A DNA stretch of 62,251 bases from IMG/VR virus record IMGVR_UViG_3300035661_000066, positions 1 to 62,251 of that record; one strand, written 5' to 3'. The stretch is from a virus (taxonomy: Duplodnaviria > Caudoviricetes). Positions within the stretch are counted from its first letter, which is position 1; the number at the start of each line of letters is the position of its first letter. Position numbers and translations under genes: made by a program. The notes under the pieces are model-generated. The model made no database searches and was not told where the DNA came from. It was given only the letters and a program-made list of their open reading frames with translations. Below are positions 1 to 8,604 of the stretch, piece by piece.

Positions 1-213
1 GCAGATCGTGTTTAACCTTAACGTGACGAACTTCGTCGCCTAACCAGGAGCTGAGCAATGGCCAGTAACCCGCTTATCGCCCAGGGCACCCTGAACCGGC
101 TGCGTGCGAGCGTCAACATCCCGGGGTTCCCCGCTTTGAACGTCACCGCCCCATATCTGGGCAAGGCCGGCATCTCGCTGGCCCTTGAAGGTGACATCAC
201 GACGCGCATCCCG
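1..213. repeat. Terminal direct repeat, copy 1 (circular assembly overlap)
   Basis: 1-213 matches 62039-62251 except T127 vs G62165; it spans the sheath end and tube start. Confidence 0.97.
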
Positions 214-504
214 ACTATGACCGGCATCGTGAACTCTGGTGAGCCCTACCAGATGGTGTCGGTGACGATCAACCTGCTTCGCACGCAGAACCTGTCGGCG
301 CTGTACAAGCAACAGATTGAGACCAACTCGGTCATCGGCGACTTCAACGTCATCCCCGATGCCTCGACGCTGCCGTCTTACTACATCAACAATGGGTCGA
401 TTTTGAGTATCCGTGAGCTGCCAATGGCCGGTGAAGACGCTGGCTACGTGGTTGTGCTGACTGGTTACTACAACATCAACTCCAGCCTGTGGAACCTTGC
501 CTAA
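58..504 (+). CDS. Tail tube protein (contractile tail)
   Basis: 148 aa, RBS AGGAG; follows the sheath gene across the circular junction and precedes chaperone and tape measure. Confidence 0.8.
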   Translation: MASNPLIAQGTLNRLRASVNIPGFPALNVTAPYLGKAGISLALEGDITTRIPTMTGIVNSGEPYQMVSVTINLLRTQNLSALYKQQIETNSVIGDFNVIPDASTLPSYYINNGSILSIRELPMAGEDAGYVVVLTGYYNINSSLWNLA

Positions 505-506
505 CC

Positions 507-1088
507 ATGAAAATCAATAAGGCTTTGAATTTGGTCGTGGCCGTGCAGACAGAAGAGCAGGGCATGCTTTATGTCCACTCCACCCCCATTAGTCGGGAGG
601 TTTTCGAGGCGAACTTCATGCTCATCTCGAAGACCTTCGCGGCTCTGTACTCTGAAGGTTTGAATGTCGTAGCTGGCCCACGTGTGGCCATGCTGATGCT
701 CCGCAAGGTTGCAGAGGATCTCGGTATCTGGGAGATTGAGGGCACGCCGGGACCTGCTCAGAGCCTTGTTGACGAGATTCGCCGGCTGTCAAACGTGATC
801 ATGCCAGGTCCGGAAGGTTGGGTCACCATGCCGCTAGCTTCGGCCGTGGCGCGTGATCTGCTCCATCCGGATGACGTTTCCGAGATTGAGGGCATGATCG
901 CTTTTTTTACATGCGCCTCAGCGATGCACAGAAAATCCCAGGTACAGCCAATCCTCGACCAGGCTTGCCAACTGTGGAGCTCGCTACTGTCATTGCTGAA
1001 TGCTACGGAGTTCGCCAACTCATTGCCGATATCGATCGAGGGCGAGAGTTCTGGCGAGACGGTGAGCACCTCGTCAGTGCCATCCTAG
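507..1088 (+). CDS. Tail assembly chaperone
   Basis: Between tube and tape measure; ATG at 507 preferred; contains slippery T TTT TTT at 902-908. Confidence 0.75.
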   Translation: MKINKALNLVVAVQTEEQGMLYVHSTPISREVFEANFMLISKTFAALYSEGLNVVAGPRVAMLMLRKVAEDLGIWEIEGTPGPAQSLVDEIRRLSNVIMPGPEGWVTMPLASAVARDLLHPDDVSEIEGMIAFFTCASAMHRKSQVQPILDQACQLWSSLLSLLNATEFANSLPISIEGESSGETVSTSSVPS

Positions 1089-1216
1089 ATTGGATCGCTG
1101 ACGAGGGCTTTGAGGAGTTCATGGGGCGGTATGACATGCAGTACCGCTCCGCCCATGAGTTCCGTCAGCGGTACCTGATCCAGACGCTGAAGGAGATACT
1201 AAGCCGGGGGTTATAA
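902..1216 (+). CDS. -1 frame extension of tail assembly chaperone (G/GT-type)
   Basis: -1 frame is open from the T7 run to a stop overlapping the tape measure ATG. Confidence 0.6.
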   Translation, partial: FFYMRLSDAQKIPGTANPRPGLPTVELATVIAECYGVRQLIADIDRGREFWRDGEHLVSAILDWIADEGFEEFMGRYDMQYRSAHEFRQRYLIQTLKEILSRGL

Positions 1217-3126
1217 TGGCCGCAAAGAGCATCATCCAAATTGAGGTGGATGACAGTCAGTTTAAGAAGTTTCAAGATATCTTTCAAAAGCACCAGGACG
1301 CTGTCAAGAAGCTCCCGGGTCAGTGGGGCATGGTGGGCGGATCCGTCCAGGCAGCCATGTCCCCCTTCGCCAAGTTCTCCAAGCAGGTAGATGCCACCTC
1401 GGCATCGTTCAAGGCCGCCAAGACCAACACCGACAAGCTCGTGGTTGGTCTTAAGGCGGCTGACCGCACCGTCAGCAGCCTGGTGCGCGGCACCGCTAGC
1501 TTGGCGAAGAACATCTTCTCAGCTACTGAGTCGCTGCTCAAGTGGGCCTCCATCACGGGGGTTATCTCGGGGCTGGTGGGAGCTGGCGGCCTCTTCGGTA
1601 TTGAGCGCCTGGCTGGGGCCGCCGCTGCAGCGCGACGCGAGTCGCAGGGCTTTGGTGTTTCCAGTGGCCAGCTCAAGGCATTGCAGCTGAACTACGGCAA
1701 GGCTGTCGACGTAGAGGGTCTACTGGGCAAGATCAATGAGGCCAGGAACGACGTCACTAAACGGGCGGGCCTGTACGCCAACGGGATCACCGAGGCTGAC
1801 ATCGCCAAGAAGAACAATGCCGAGCTGCTGCGTCAGCTCATCCCCAACCTGCGCAAGCGCTATGAGCAGAACCCGGGCCAAGCAGCCAACGTCCCCTTCC
1901 TGACTGACTACGCGTCCATCGAAGAGCTGACCCGCCTGGGCAAGATGCGCAAGGAAGAGATTGAGGACATGCGCCGCCGTTCGATTCAGGACGAGAAGAC
2001 CCTGGCCATCGGTGACAACACGCAGCGACAGTGGCAGAACCTCTCCATCCAGTTGTCGCGCGCCGGCTTTGAGATTGAGAACGTCTTGGTCAAGAAGCTG
2101 GCCCCACTGGCTGGACCGATCAGCCACCTGTCAGATGCCGTGGCTAAGGCCATTGACACCCTGCTCGAAACCAAGACGGTGCACAAGTGGGTAGATGAGC
2201 TGGCTACCGGCATTGAGAAGTTGGCCAAGTACCTCAAGTCGGGGGACTTTGCCAAAGACTCGTCAGCGTTCCTCGAAGCCCTTGACCGAGCTGGTGGTGC
2301 CCTCTGGGGCTTTGCTGAGTCGGTTGGCAAGATGTTCGGTGGCAAGGAGAAAACCCTCAAGGCCAGCTCACTGGCTAAGATTGAGAGCATCCGTCAGAAT
2401 GACCCCAAGCTGGCCGGTGCCATCCAGTCCTTCCTGGAGAGCCCTAGCCGCCAGGCTACCAACGGCCAGTTGCTGCAGCGCTGGGTCGAGCTGCATCCGA
2501 ACCTGGTGCTGCGCACCGCCCAGCAGAAGATCCAGGCGCAGCGTGATATCTTGGCACGTTATGGCCTGACCAATGAGCTAGCGGGTGGACCTGGTGCCTT
2601 GAGCCCAGGTGCCGCTCCAGTCGCAGCTACCCAACCGCCACCCGCCCCGGCCAGAGCCTCGGTGCCGCCTGCACCTGCCAACAAGCGGGCAATCCAGGCG
2701 TATTTCTCTGAGCTGGAGCGCAAGCGTGGGTTGCCACGAGGGTTCCTCGACCACCTCTGGTATGCTGAGTCCAGCCGTGGAGCCAACATGCTGTCCCCAG
2801 CTGGCGCCAAGGGCCACTTCGGGTTCATGGACGCCACCGCTGCCCAGTACGGGCTCCGGGACCCTAATGACCTGCGTGCCTCAGCAGCCGCGGCCGCTCG
2901 CTACATGTCGGACCTGATGAAGCGCTTCCATGGGGACCTGGCACAGGCAGTGGGCGCCTACAACTGGCGCGAGGACCGAGTGCGCGCTGCCGTGGCGAAG
3001 TACGGCCCGCAGGGCTGGCTGTCGCATGCGCCGGCTGAGACCCAGCGCGAGGTCCGTGTTGTGCTGTCCCACACCCCTGGCTCAGACGTCATCGCAGCCA
3101 CGAACGCTGCAGGAGTAGCGCAATGA
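1216..3126 (+). CDS. Tape measure protein with C-terminal lytic transglycosylase domain
   Basis: 636 aa Ala/Lys-rich helical body, Pro-rich linker, SLT motifs AESS..GHFGFM..AYN. Confidence 0.9.
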   Translation: MAAKSIIQIEVDDSQFKKFQDIFQKHQDAVKKLPGQWGMVGGSVQAAMSPFAKFSKQVDATSASFKAAKTNTDKLVVGLKAADRTVSSLVRGTASLAKNIFSATESLLKWASITGVISGLVGAGGLFGIERLAGAAAAARRESQGFGVSSGQLKALQLNYGKAVDVEGLLGKINEARNDVTKRAGLYANGITEADIAKKNNAELLRQLIPNLRKRYEQNPGQAANVPFLTDYASIEELTRLGKMRKEEIEDMRRRSIQDEKTLAIGDNTQRQWQNLSIQLSRAGFEIENVLVKKLAPLAGPISHLSDAVAKAIDTLLETKTVHKWVDELATGIEKLAKYLKSGDFAKDSSAFLEALDRAGGALWGFAESVGKMFGGKEKTLKASSLAKIESIRQNDPKLAGAIQSFLESPSRQATNGQLLQRWVELHPNLVLRTAQQKIQAQRDILARYGLTNELAGGPGALSPGAAPVAATQPPPAPARASVPPAPANKRAIQAYFSELERKRGLPRGFLDHLWYAESSRGANMLSPAGAKGHFGFMDATAAQYGLRDPNDLRASAAAAARYMSDLMKRFHGDLAQAVGAYNWREDRVRAAVAKYGPQGWLSHAPAETQREVRVVLSHTPGSDVIAATNAAGVAQ

Positions 3127-3863
3127 GTAGCTTCTTGAGAATTGGGTATCAGCTTGGCTTTGAGCTGTCCCCCATCATCCTGACCAACGGGGTGGCTGAC
3201 TTGGTGCCGGGTCAGATGCTCCCCATTGTAGCCTTGACCGAGGCCTCCAACTTCGTGGGTGGCTTGCTTAGCGGCAACATCACGCTGTCAAACCCCGACG
3301 ATTACTTCGCCCACTTTGTACCGGCGCCGGGGGCCAGCCTGATGAGCAACCAGATTGGCCAGTACCCGTTTGCTAACCAGACCGTGGCAGCCAACGCAAT
3401 CATCGCCCAACCGCTGCCGGTCTCCATGCTGATGCACATCCCGGTTAACCGGTCAGGCGGGTACCTGTCGAAGTTTCTGACCATGTCAGCCCTGAAGAAA
3501 ACTCTGGACCTGCATGTGGCACGTGGCGGCACCTTCACGGTCGTCACCCCCACCTACATCTACACCAACTGTGTGCTGCTTGGCTTGCGCGACGCCACCA
3601 GCGGGGACTCGAAGCAGCGCCAGCAGACCTGGCAGTGGGACTTCGAGCAGCCGCTGCTTACCCAGGTGGCTGCCACCAACGCGCTCAACTCCCTAATGTC
3701 GAAGCTGGCCAGTGGGCTGCCTACCGGATCCACACCGACTTGGTCTGGTCCGTCGTCGCTGATTGGCGCGTCTCAAGGGGGTGTCTCCTCGGTAGTGGGA
3801 CCCATGGCTGGCACCACAGGCTCGCTGGCTGGCGTACCAGCCGGGTTGGGAACAGGAGGCTAA
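3123..3863 (+). CDS. Baseplate / tail tube initiator-like protein
   Basis: Position after tape measure, ATGA overlap. Confidence 0.55.
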   Translation: MSSFLRIGYQLGFELSPIILTNGVADLVPGQMLPIVALTEASNFVGGLLSGNITLSNPDDYFAHFVPAPGASLMSNQIGQYPFANQTVAANAIIAQPLPVSMLMHIPVNRSGGYLSKFLTMSALKKTLDLHVARGGTFTVVTPTYIYTNCVLLGLRDATSGDSKQRQQTWQWDFEQPLLTQVAATNALNSLMSKLASGLPTGSTPTWSGPSSLIGASQGGVSSVVGPMAGTTGSLAGVPAGLGTGG

Positions 3864-3865
3864 CC

Positions 3866-4135
3866 ATGACAACCTACATCGACTTCGCGCCCTCGACGAC
3901 GTCAAATTTCCAGTTTAATGCTACGCTTGATGGCCAGACCTACACGGTTACCGTGACCTGGAACGTCTTTGGGGCAAGATACTACGTCAACATCACGCAG
4001 GTGGATGGCACCCTGGTGCTAGCCATTCCGTTGATTGAGAGCCCCGACAGCTACGACATCTCCATGGTGGCTGGGTACTTTGCCAGCACGCTCGTCTATC
4101 GTGAGTCCACTGGCCAGTTCGAGGTCAACCCATGA
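3866..4135 (+). CDS. Small baseplate protein
   Basis: Start MTTYIDF after RBS GGAGG; gene order. Confidence 0.6.
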   Translation: MTTYIDFAPSTTSNFQFNATLDGQTYTVTVTWNVFGARYYVNITQVDGTLVLAIPLIESPDSYDISMVAGYFASTLVYRESTGQFEVNP

Positions 4136-5100
4136 GGTACTACGAGATTGTTATCACCAGCCCTGCTGGTACCAGTAACCAACCGGCGGTGACCAAGCGC
4201 TTCAGCAGCCTGAACCCAGACGGGACGACCAACCTGGGGGCGCTGCAGATCGAGTTTGACTTCCCGGTCTGGGCCATGGCAGAACCTGCAGGAACAGCCT
4301 TCCTGCGCGTCTGGGGCATCAGCATCGTAGATATCTCGCAAGCCAGAAACTACAACGGCAGCAAGATCCAGGTGTACGCCGGGATGGCTGCTGGGCTCCC
4401 CCTAGCCAACCCCGCCTACCGTGGGTTGATCATGGAGGGAACGGTTCAGCAGGCCTTCGGCAACTGGCAGGAGACCAATCAGTGCCTGGACTTCGTCATC
4501 CAGCCATACGTCGGTGCCCAAGACGCGCCGGCCAACATCGTGCTGGACTGGAAGGCCGGTACCCAGCTAGCTGCGGCGCTGGCCCAGACCTTGACCGCCG
4601 CCTTCCCAGGTTACCAGGCGCCAGTAATCAACATCAGCCCGAACCTGGTGCTTCCAGCTGATGAGGTGGCGTACTTCCAGACGGCTACCCAGCTGGCTCA
4701 GTACCTGAAGCAGGTCACCCAAGCCTTGATCCAGGGGAACTACCCCGGTGTAGACATGGTGATACGCAACAACCAAGTGGTCGTCTACGACGGCACCAGC
4801 CGGGGCAAGCCCCAGCAGCTAAAGTTTATCGACCTGATTGGCCAGCCCACCTGGCTGGATTTTGGCACCATCCAGTTCAAATGCGCGGTCAGGGCCGACC
4901 TGAACGTGAACGACTACGTGACGATGCCCCCATCCCCCATCGTGGTCACGGCGCAGACCTACTCGCAGTACAAGAACCAGGCTACCTTCAGGAGCACCTT
5001 CCAGGTGATCCGGGTGCGCCACGTGGGAAACTACCGCCAGCGTGATGCCTCTGCCTGGGTGACCATCTTCGACGCTGTCCAACTACCAGAGGGGTCGTGA
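4132..5100 (+). CDS. Baseplate hub protein
   Basis: 322 aa directly before the spike gene; size and gene order. Confidence 0.7.
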   Translation: MRYYEIVITSPAGTSNQPAVTKRFSSLNPDGTTNLGALQIEFDFPVWAMAEPAGTAFLRVWGISIVDISQARNYNGSKIQVYAGMAAGLPLANPAYRGLIMEGTVQQAFGNWQETNQCLDFVIQPYVGAQDAPANIVLDWKAGTQLAAALAQTLTAAFPGYQAPVINISPNLVLPADEVAYFQTATQLAQYLKQVTQALIQGNYPGVDMVIRNNQVVVYDGTSRGKPQQLKFIDLIGQPTWLDFGTIQFKCAVRADLNVNDYVTMPPSPIVVTAQTYSQYKNQATFRSTFQVIRVRHVGNYRQRDASAWVTIFDAVQLPEGS

Positions 5101-5104
5101 TATA

Positions 5105-5854
5105 ATGAGCAACAGTCAAAAAACCCCCTTCCAGCGGTCAATTAACGCAGTAGCTGAGAAGCGGGTAGGCGACGCTATCCAGCAACGCGGTAAGGGTTTG
5201 CCCTGCTCTGTGGTAAGCGTAGCCGGTGCTATTGTGACAGTGAAGTTTGAGGTCCAAAGCGGTTTCACCCTGCCACAAGTGACGATCCCCCTCTTCGGCC
5301 CGGAGTACATTCGCTACCCCATACAGGTCGGAGATAAGGGCGTGGTGGTCCCACTCGATGCACGCCTCGGGGGGATCAGTGGCCTGGGTGGAACCGTGGC
5401 GGATCTAACCGTGCCCTCCAATCTCGGGGCGTTAGTGTTCCTGCCGATTGGCAACGCCCTCTGGTCCAGCGTCGACCAGAACTCAGTCACCATCTACGGC
5501 CCCAATGGCGTAGTAATGCGTGACACGGGGTCGAATAGCGTGATCACGCTGACCCCGACTAGCATCAGCATGGTGAGTCCGACGCAGATCAAGGCTACTT
5601 GCGGGGGTTGCACGTTCACGCTCAATAGCTCGGGGGCGTATACCCTGTCAGGCTCAGCCTCAGGGGCTATCTCAGCACCGTCTCTGTCGTTGACTGATGG
5701 GTCGCATAACACAGGCCCCACTGTGATGGCAACGGCTTGGCAGGCGCTGGTCAACTGGGCCAACTCGCACCAGCACACCGCGCAAGGCGCCACGGCAGTG
5801 ACCACCACGCCTAATACCCCATTCACCGGCGGTAGCATCGCCCCGAGCAACTAA
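5105..5854 (+). CDS. Baseplate central spike
   Basis: N-terminal OB-like region (GDKG), beta-rich stretch, C-terminal HQH metal-binding HxH motif. Confidence 0.8.
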   Translation: MSNSQKTPFQRSINAVAEKRVGDAIQQRGKGLPCSVVSVAGAIVTVKFEVQSGFTLPQVTIPLFGPEYIRYPIQVGDKGVVVPLDARLGGISGLGGTVADLTVPSNLGALVFLPIGNALWSSVDQNSVTIYGPNGVVMRDTGSNSVITLTPTSISMVSPTQIKATCGGCTFTLNSSGAYTLSGSASGAISAPSLSLTDGSHNTGPTVMATAWQALVNWANSHQHTAQGATAVTTTPNTPFTGGSIAPSN

Positions 5855-5864
5855 GGAGAAACCC

Positions 5865-6209
5865 TTGAGGACCTATGGACGGACCTACGACAGCAACGGG
5901 AACCCCAAGTGGGTGGTGGTGCAGACTGACAGCACAGGTAGCGACGACTACGTTTGGCTGACGACGCTGTGTCAGAACCTGAAATTGAACCTGGGGGAGA
6001 GCCCGTTCTATGCCGACCGAGGTATCCCGGCGCAGCGGGCGGTCATTGAGCAGGTGTTTCCTGACTATTACGTCAACCTGAATCAGCAGTACTTCGCCAG
6101 CTACTTCGCCAGCTTGTCTATTGCCAAGCAGGCGAGCTCAACCCCGACCTACAACATCAACGCGGTGCTGAACAACGGCACTAAACTTCAGACAACGGTG
6201 GCCGTATGA
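5865..6209 (+). CDS. Baseplate wedge subunit (gp25-like)
   Basis: 114 aa, LGESPFYADRGIP motif, RBS AAGGAG, TTG start. Confidence 0.7.
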   Translation: MRTYGRTYDSNGNPKWVVVQTDSTGSDDYVWLTTLCQNLKLNLGESPFYADRGIPAQRAVIEQVFPDYYVNLNQQYFASYFASLSIAKQASSTPTYNINAVLNNGTKLQTTVAV

Positions 6210-7627
6210 CGACAAATACTCTGCCTACGGTGGTGACGAGCGCGGGTCTTCAGCCTCAGAACCCCAATGACTTGCTGGCCCAGCTGCTGAGCTACGTGGC
6301 AGCTACCAACCCAGGTTACACAGCTAACCTGCCGGGCTCCTTGATTGAGGACATCTCCAGCACGGACGTTGGGGCAATGGTGCTGATTGATTCTGCTCGA
6401 GTGGAGGCCGTGAACTCCCTCACCCCGTACGGGGCAAACAACTTCCTGCTGACCCAGCTGGGCAACATGTATGGAGTAGCTCAGGGGCAGACCACCAATA
6501 CCAGCGCTTATGTGGTTTTCACCGGCACCCCAGGCTTTCCCATCAATCCCGGCTTCATCGTGGCTGATAGCGGCCACCAGTACGTTGTGCAGACAGGCGG
6601 CATTGTAGGCGCCAGCGGTACCTCGGCGCCGATCTACGTGGTCGCCAACCAGACAGGTAGCTGGGCGGTACCGCCAAACACGATTACCACGGTCGTAACG
6701 TCGGTCCCCTCGACCATCACGCTCAAGGTGACCAACACCACCGCAGGTACGCCGTCGGCAGCTGCTCAGACCGTGGCGCAGTATCGTGCGCAGGTAATCC
6801 AGGCTGGCCAAGCTTCGGCCACCGGCATGCCGACGTTCCTGAAGACTCAGCTGCTTGGGGTGGCTGGGGTGCAGCCGAACCTGGTAGCTGTACGCCAGGT
6901 AGGCAGCAACTGGCAGGTGATCTGCGGTGGCGGTGACCCCTACCAAACAGCCTACGCGATTTACAAGGGGCTGTTTAACATCAACAACCTCCAAGGCTCG
7001 GCTCTGGCTGTTAGCGGCATCACCAACGCCAACCCCGGGGTGGTCACCACCAACCTGGCCCACGGGCTGGCGACGGGGCAGGTCATCACATTGTCAGGCG
7101 TGGTGGGAATGACCCAAATCAATGGTCAGGCACTGACGATCACGGTAACGTCCCCAACCACCTTCTCGACCGGGATTAATACCACGAGCTATGACACCTA
7201 CACCAGCGGGGGTCAGCTGTCGCCCCACCCACGTACCGTTACGGTAACCATCAACGACTTCCCCGACGCTTACCAGATCCCGTTTGTCAACCCGCCCCAG
7301 CAGCAGGTGGGGATGGTGGCAACGTGGAATACCACCCAGACGAACCTGGTGCTTAACTCTACGGTGCAGCAGCTGGCCACGCCGCCGATGATTAGCTACC
7401 TGAACAGCCTGTCGCCAGGGTACCCCATCAACATCCTGGATCTGCAAAGCATCTTCCAGGCTGCTGTGACCTCGGTGATCCCAGCCCAATACCTGTCGAA
7501 GCTGACCTTCTTGGTCACCATCAACGGGGTGGTGGTGAACCCGACGGCGGGTACTCAGCTGATCTACGGCGACCCCGAGTCCTACTTCTACGCGTCACCG
7601 ACTAGCATCTCGGTTATTAGGGGGTAA
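6206..7627 (+). CDS. Baseplate J-like protein with inserted beta domain
   Basis: 473 aa; gene order; insert ITNANPGVVTTNLAHGL..GVVGMTQING. Confidence 0.8.
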   Translation: MTTNTLPTVVTSAGLQPQNPNDLLAQLLSYVAATNPGYTANLPGSLIEDISSTDVGAMVLIDSARVEAVNSLTPYGANNFLLTQLGNMYGVAQGQTTNTSAYVVFTGTPGFPINPGFIVADSGHQYVVQTGGIVGASGTSAPIYVVANQTGSWAVPPNTITTVVTSVPSTITLKVTNTTAGTPSAAAQTVAQYRAQVIQAGQASATGMPTFLKTQLLGVAGVQPNLVAVRQVGSNWQVICGGGDPYQTAYAIYKGLFNINNLQGSALAVSGITNANPGVVTTNLAHGLATGQVITLSGVVGMTQINGQALTITVTSPTTFSTGINTTSYDTYTSGGQLSPHPRTVTVTINDFPDAYQIPFVNPPQQQVGMVATWNTTQTNLVLNSTVQQLATPPMISYLNSLSPGYPINILDLQSIFQAAVTSVIPAQYLSKLTFLVTINGVVVNPTAGTQLIYGDPESYFYASPTSISVIRG

Positions 7628-7630
7628 GCC

Positions 7631-8383
7631 ATGACCAAGCCGATCCCAGTGCCGATCAACACCATCACGGGCCCAACCACCGTTACGACCACGATCCCAT
7701 CGTACCTGTACCAGCAGTACAGTGATGACCAGGACCTGCAGGCCTTTGTAAGCAGCTACAACACCATGACCCAGCAGTATGTTTCCTGGTTCAACAGCAC
7801 CCTGCTACCGGTCTACACGGACGCCAGCATCACGGGAGGTCTGCTTGACTGGGTGGCGCTGGGGCTGTATGGCTTCACCAGGCCCATCCTGCCCTCTGGG
7901 CTGCCAACCACACGAGGGGCCTACGATACCTGGGCCTACAACACGGTAGCTTACAACCAGTTTAGTGTGTTGCCCGCCTCGTCGTACTACGTTACCAACG
8001 ACGACATCTTCAAGCGCGTGCTGACGTGGCACCTGTACAAGGGGGACGGCAAGCAGTTCAGCATCAAGTGGTTGAAGCGGCGGATCATCCGGTTCCTGAC
8101 TGGCACCAATGGGGCGGGCGGCGTGAATGACAACACCTACCAGGTCAGCGTCTCGTTCTCTGGTAGCCAGGTGAACATCACCATCCGGAACAGCATCCAC
8201 GTCATCACCGGCGGGGCCATTTATGGGGTCTTTGCATATGGATCCGTGGGGTATAATGTAGTCAGAGCCAAGACCGTCAACGCGGCCCCACTGACCAACT
8301 CGGCGGTGCTCCAGGCAGCCATCAATTCTGGTGTCCTCGAGCTACCCTTCCAGTACACCTACACGGTGAGTATTCTCAACTAG
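7631..8383 (+). CDS. Baseplate wedge protein (DUF2612-like)
   Basis: LLDWVALGLYG and DDIFKR motifs; follows baseplate J. Confidence 0.7.
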   Translation: MTKPIPVPINTITGPTTVTTTIPSYLYQQYSDDQDLQAFVSSYNTMTQQYVSWFNSTLLPVYTDASITGGLLDWVALGLYGFTRPILPSGLPTTRGAYDTWAYNTVAYNQFSVLPASSYYVTNDDIFKRVLTWHLYKGDGKQFSIKWLKRRIIRFLTGTNGAGGVNDNTYQVSVSFSGSQVNITIRNSIHVITGGAIYGVFAYGSVGYNVVRAKTVNAAPLTNSAVLQAAINSGVLELPFQYTYTVSILN

Positions 8384-8392
8384 GAGTGGACA

Positions 8393-8599
8393 ATGCCTGT
8401 CAAAAGTGAGAAGCAGCGCAGATTCTTCGAGGCTGTAAAGCACAATCCTGAATTTGCTGGGAAAGCCGGTGTCCCGCAGCACGTCGCCGAGGAGTTCCTC
8501 GGCAAGAGTGATGAGGATCCGGTGAAGGCATATATGGACGCAGTAAAAAGTGGCGACAGCCAGCGTATGGCTGAACTTCAACATCAATTCCGGAACTGA
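8393..8599 (+). CDS. Small hypothetical phage protein
   Basis: 68 aa, RBS AGGAG, fills the intergenic gap. Confidence 0.7.
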   Translation: MPVKSEKQRRFFEAVKHNPEFAGKAGVPQHVAEEFLGKSDEDPVKAYMDAVKSGDSQRMAELQHQFRN

Positions 8600-8604
8600 C
8601 CACC

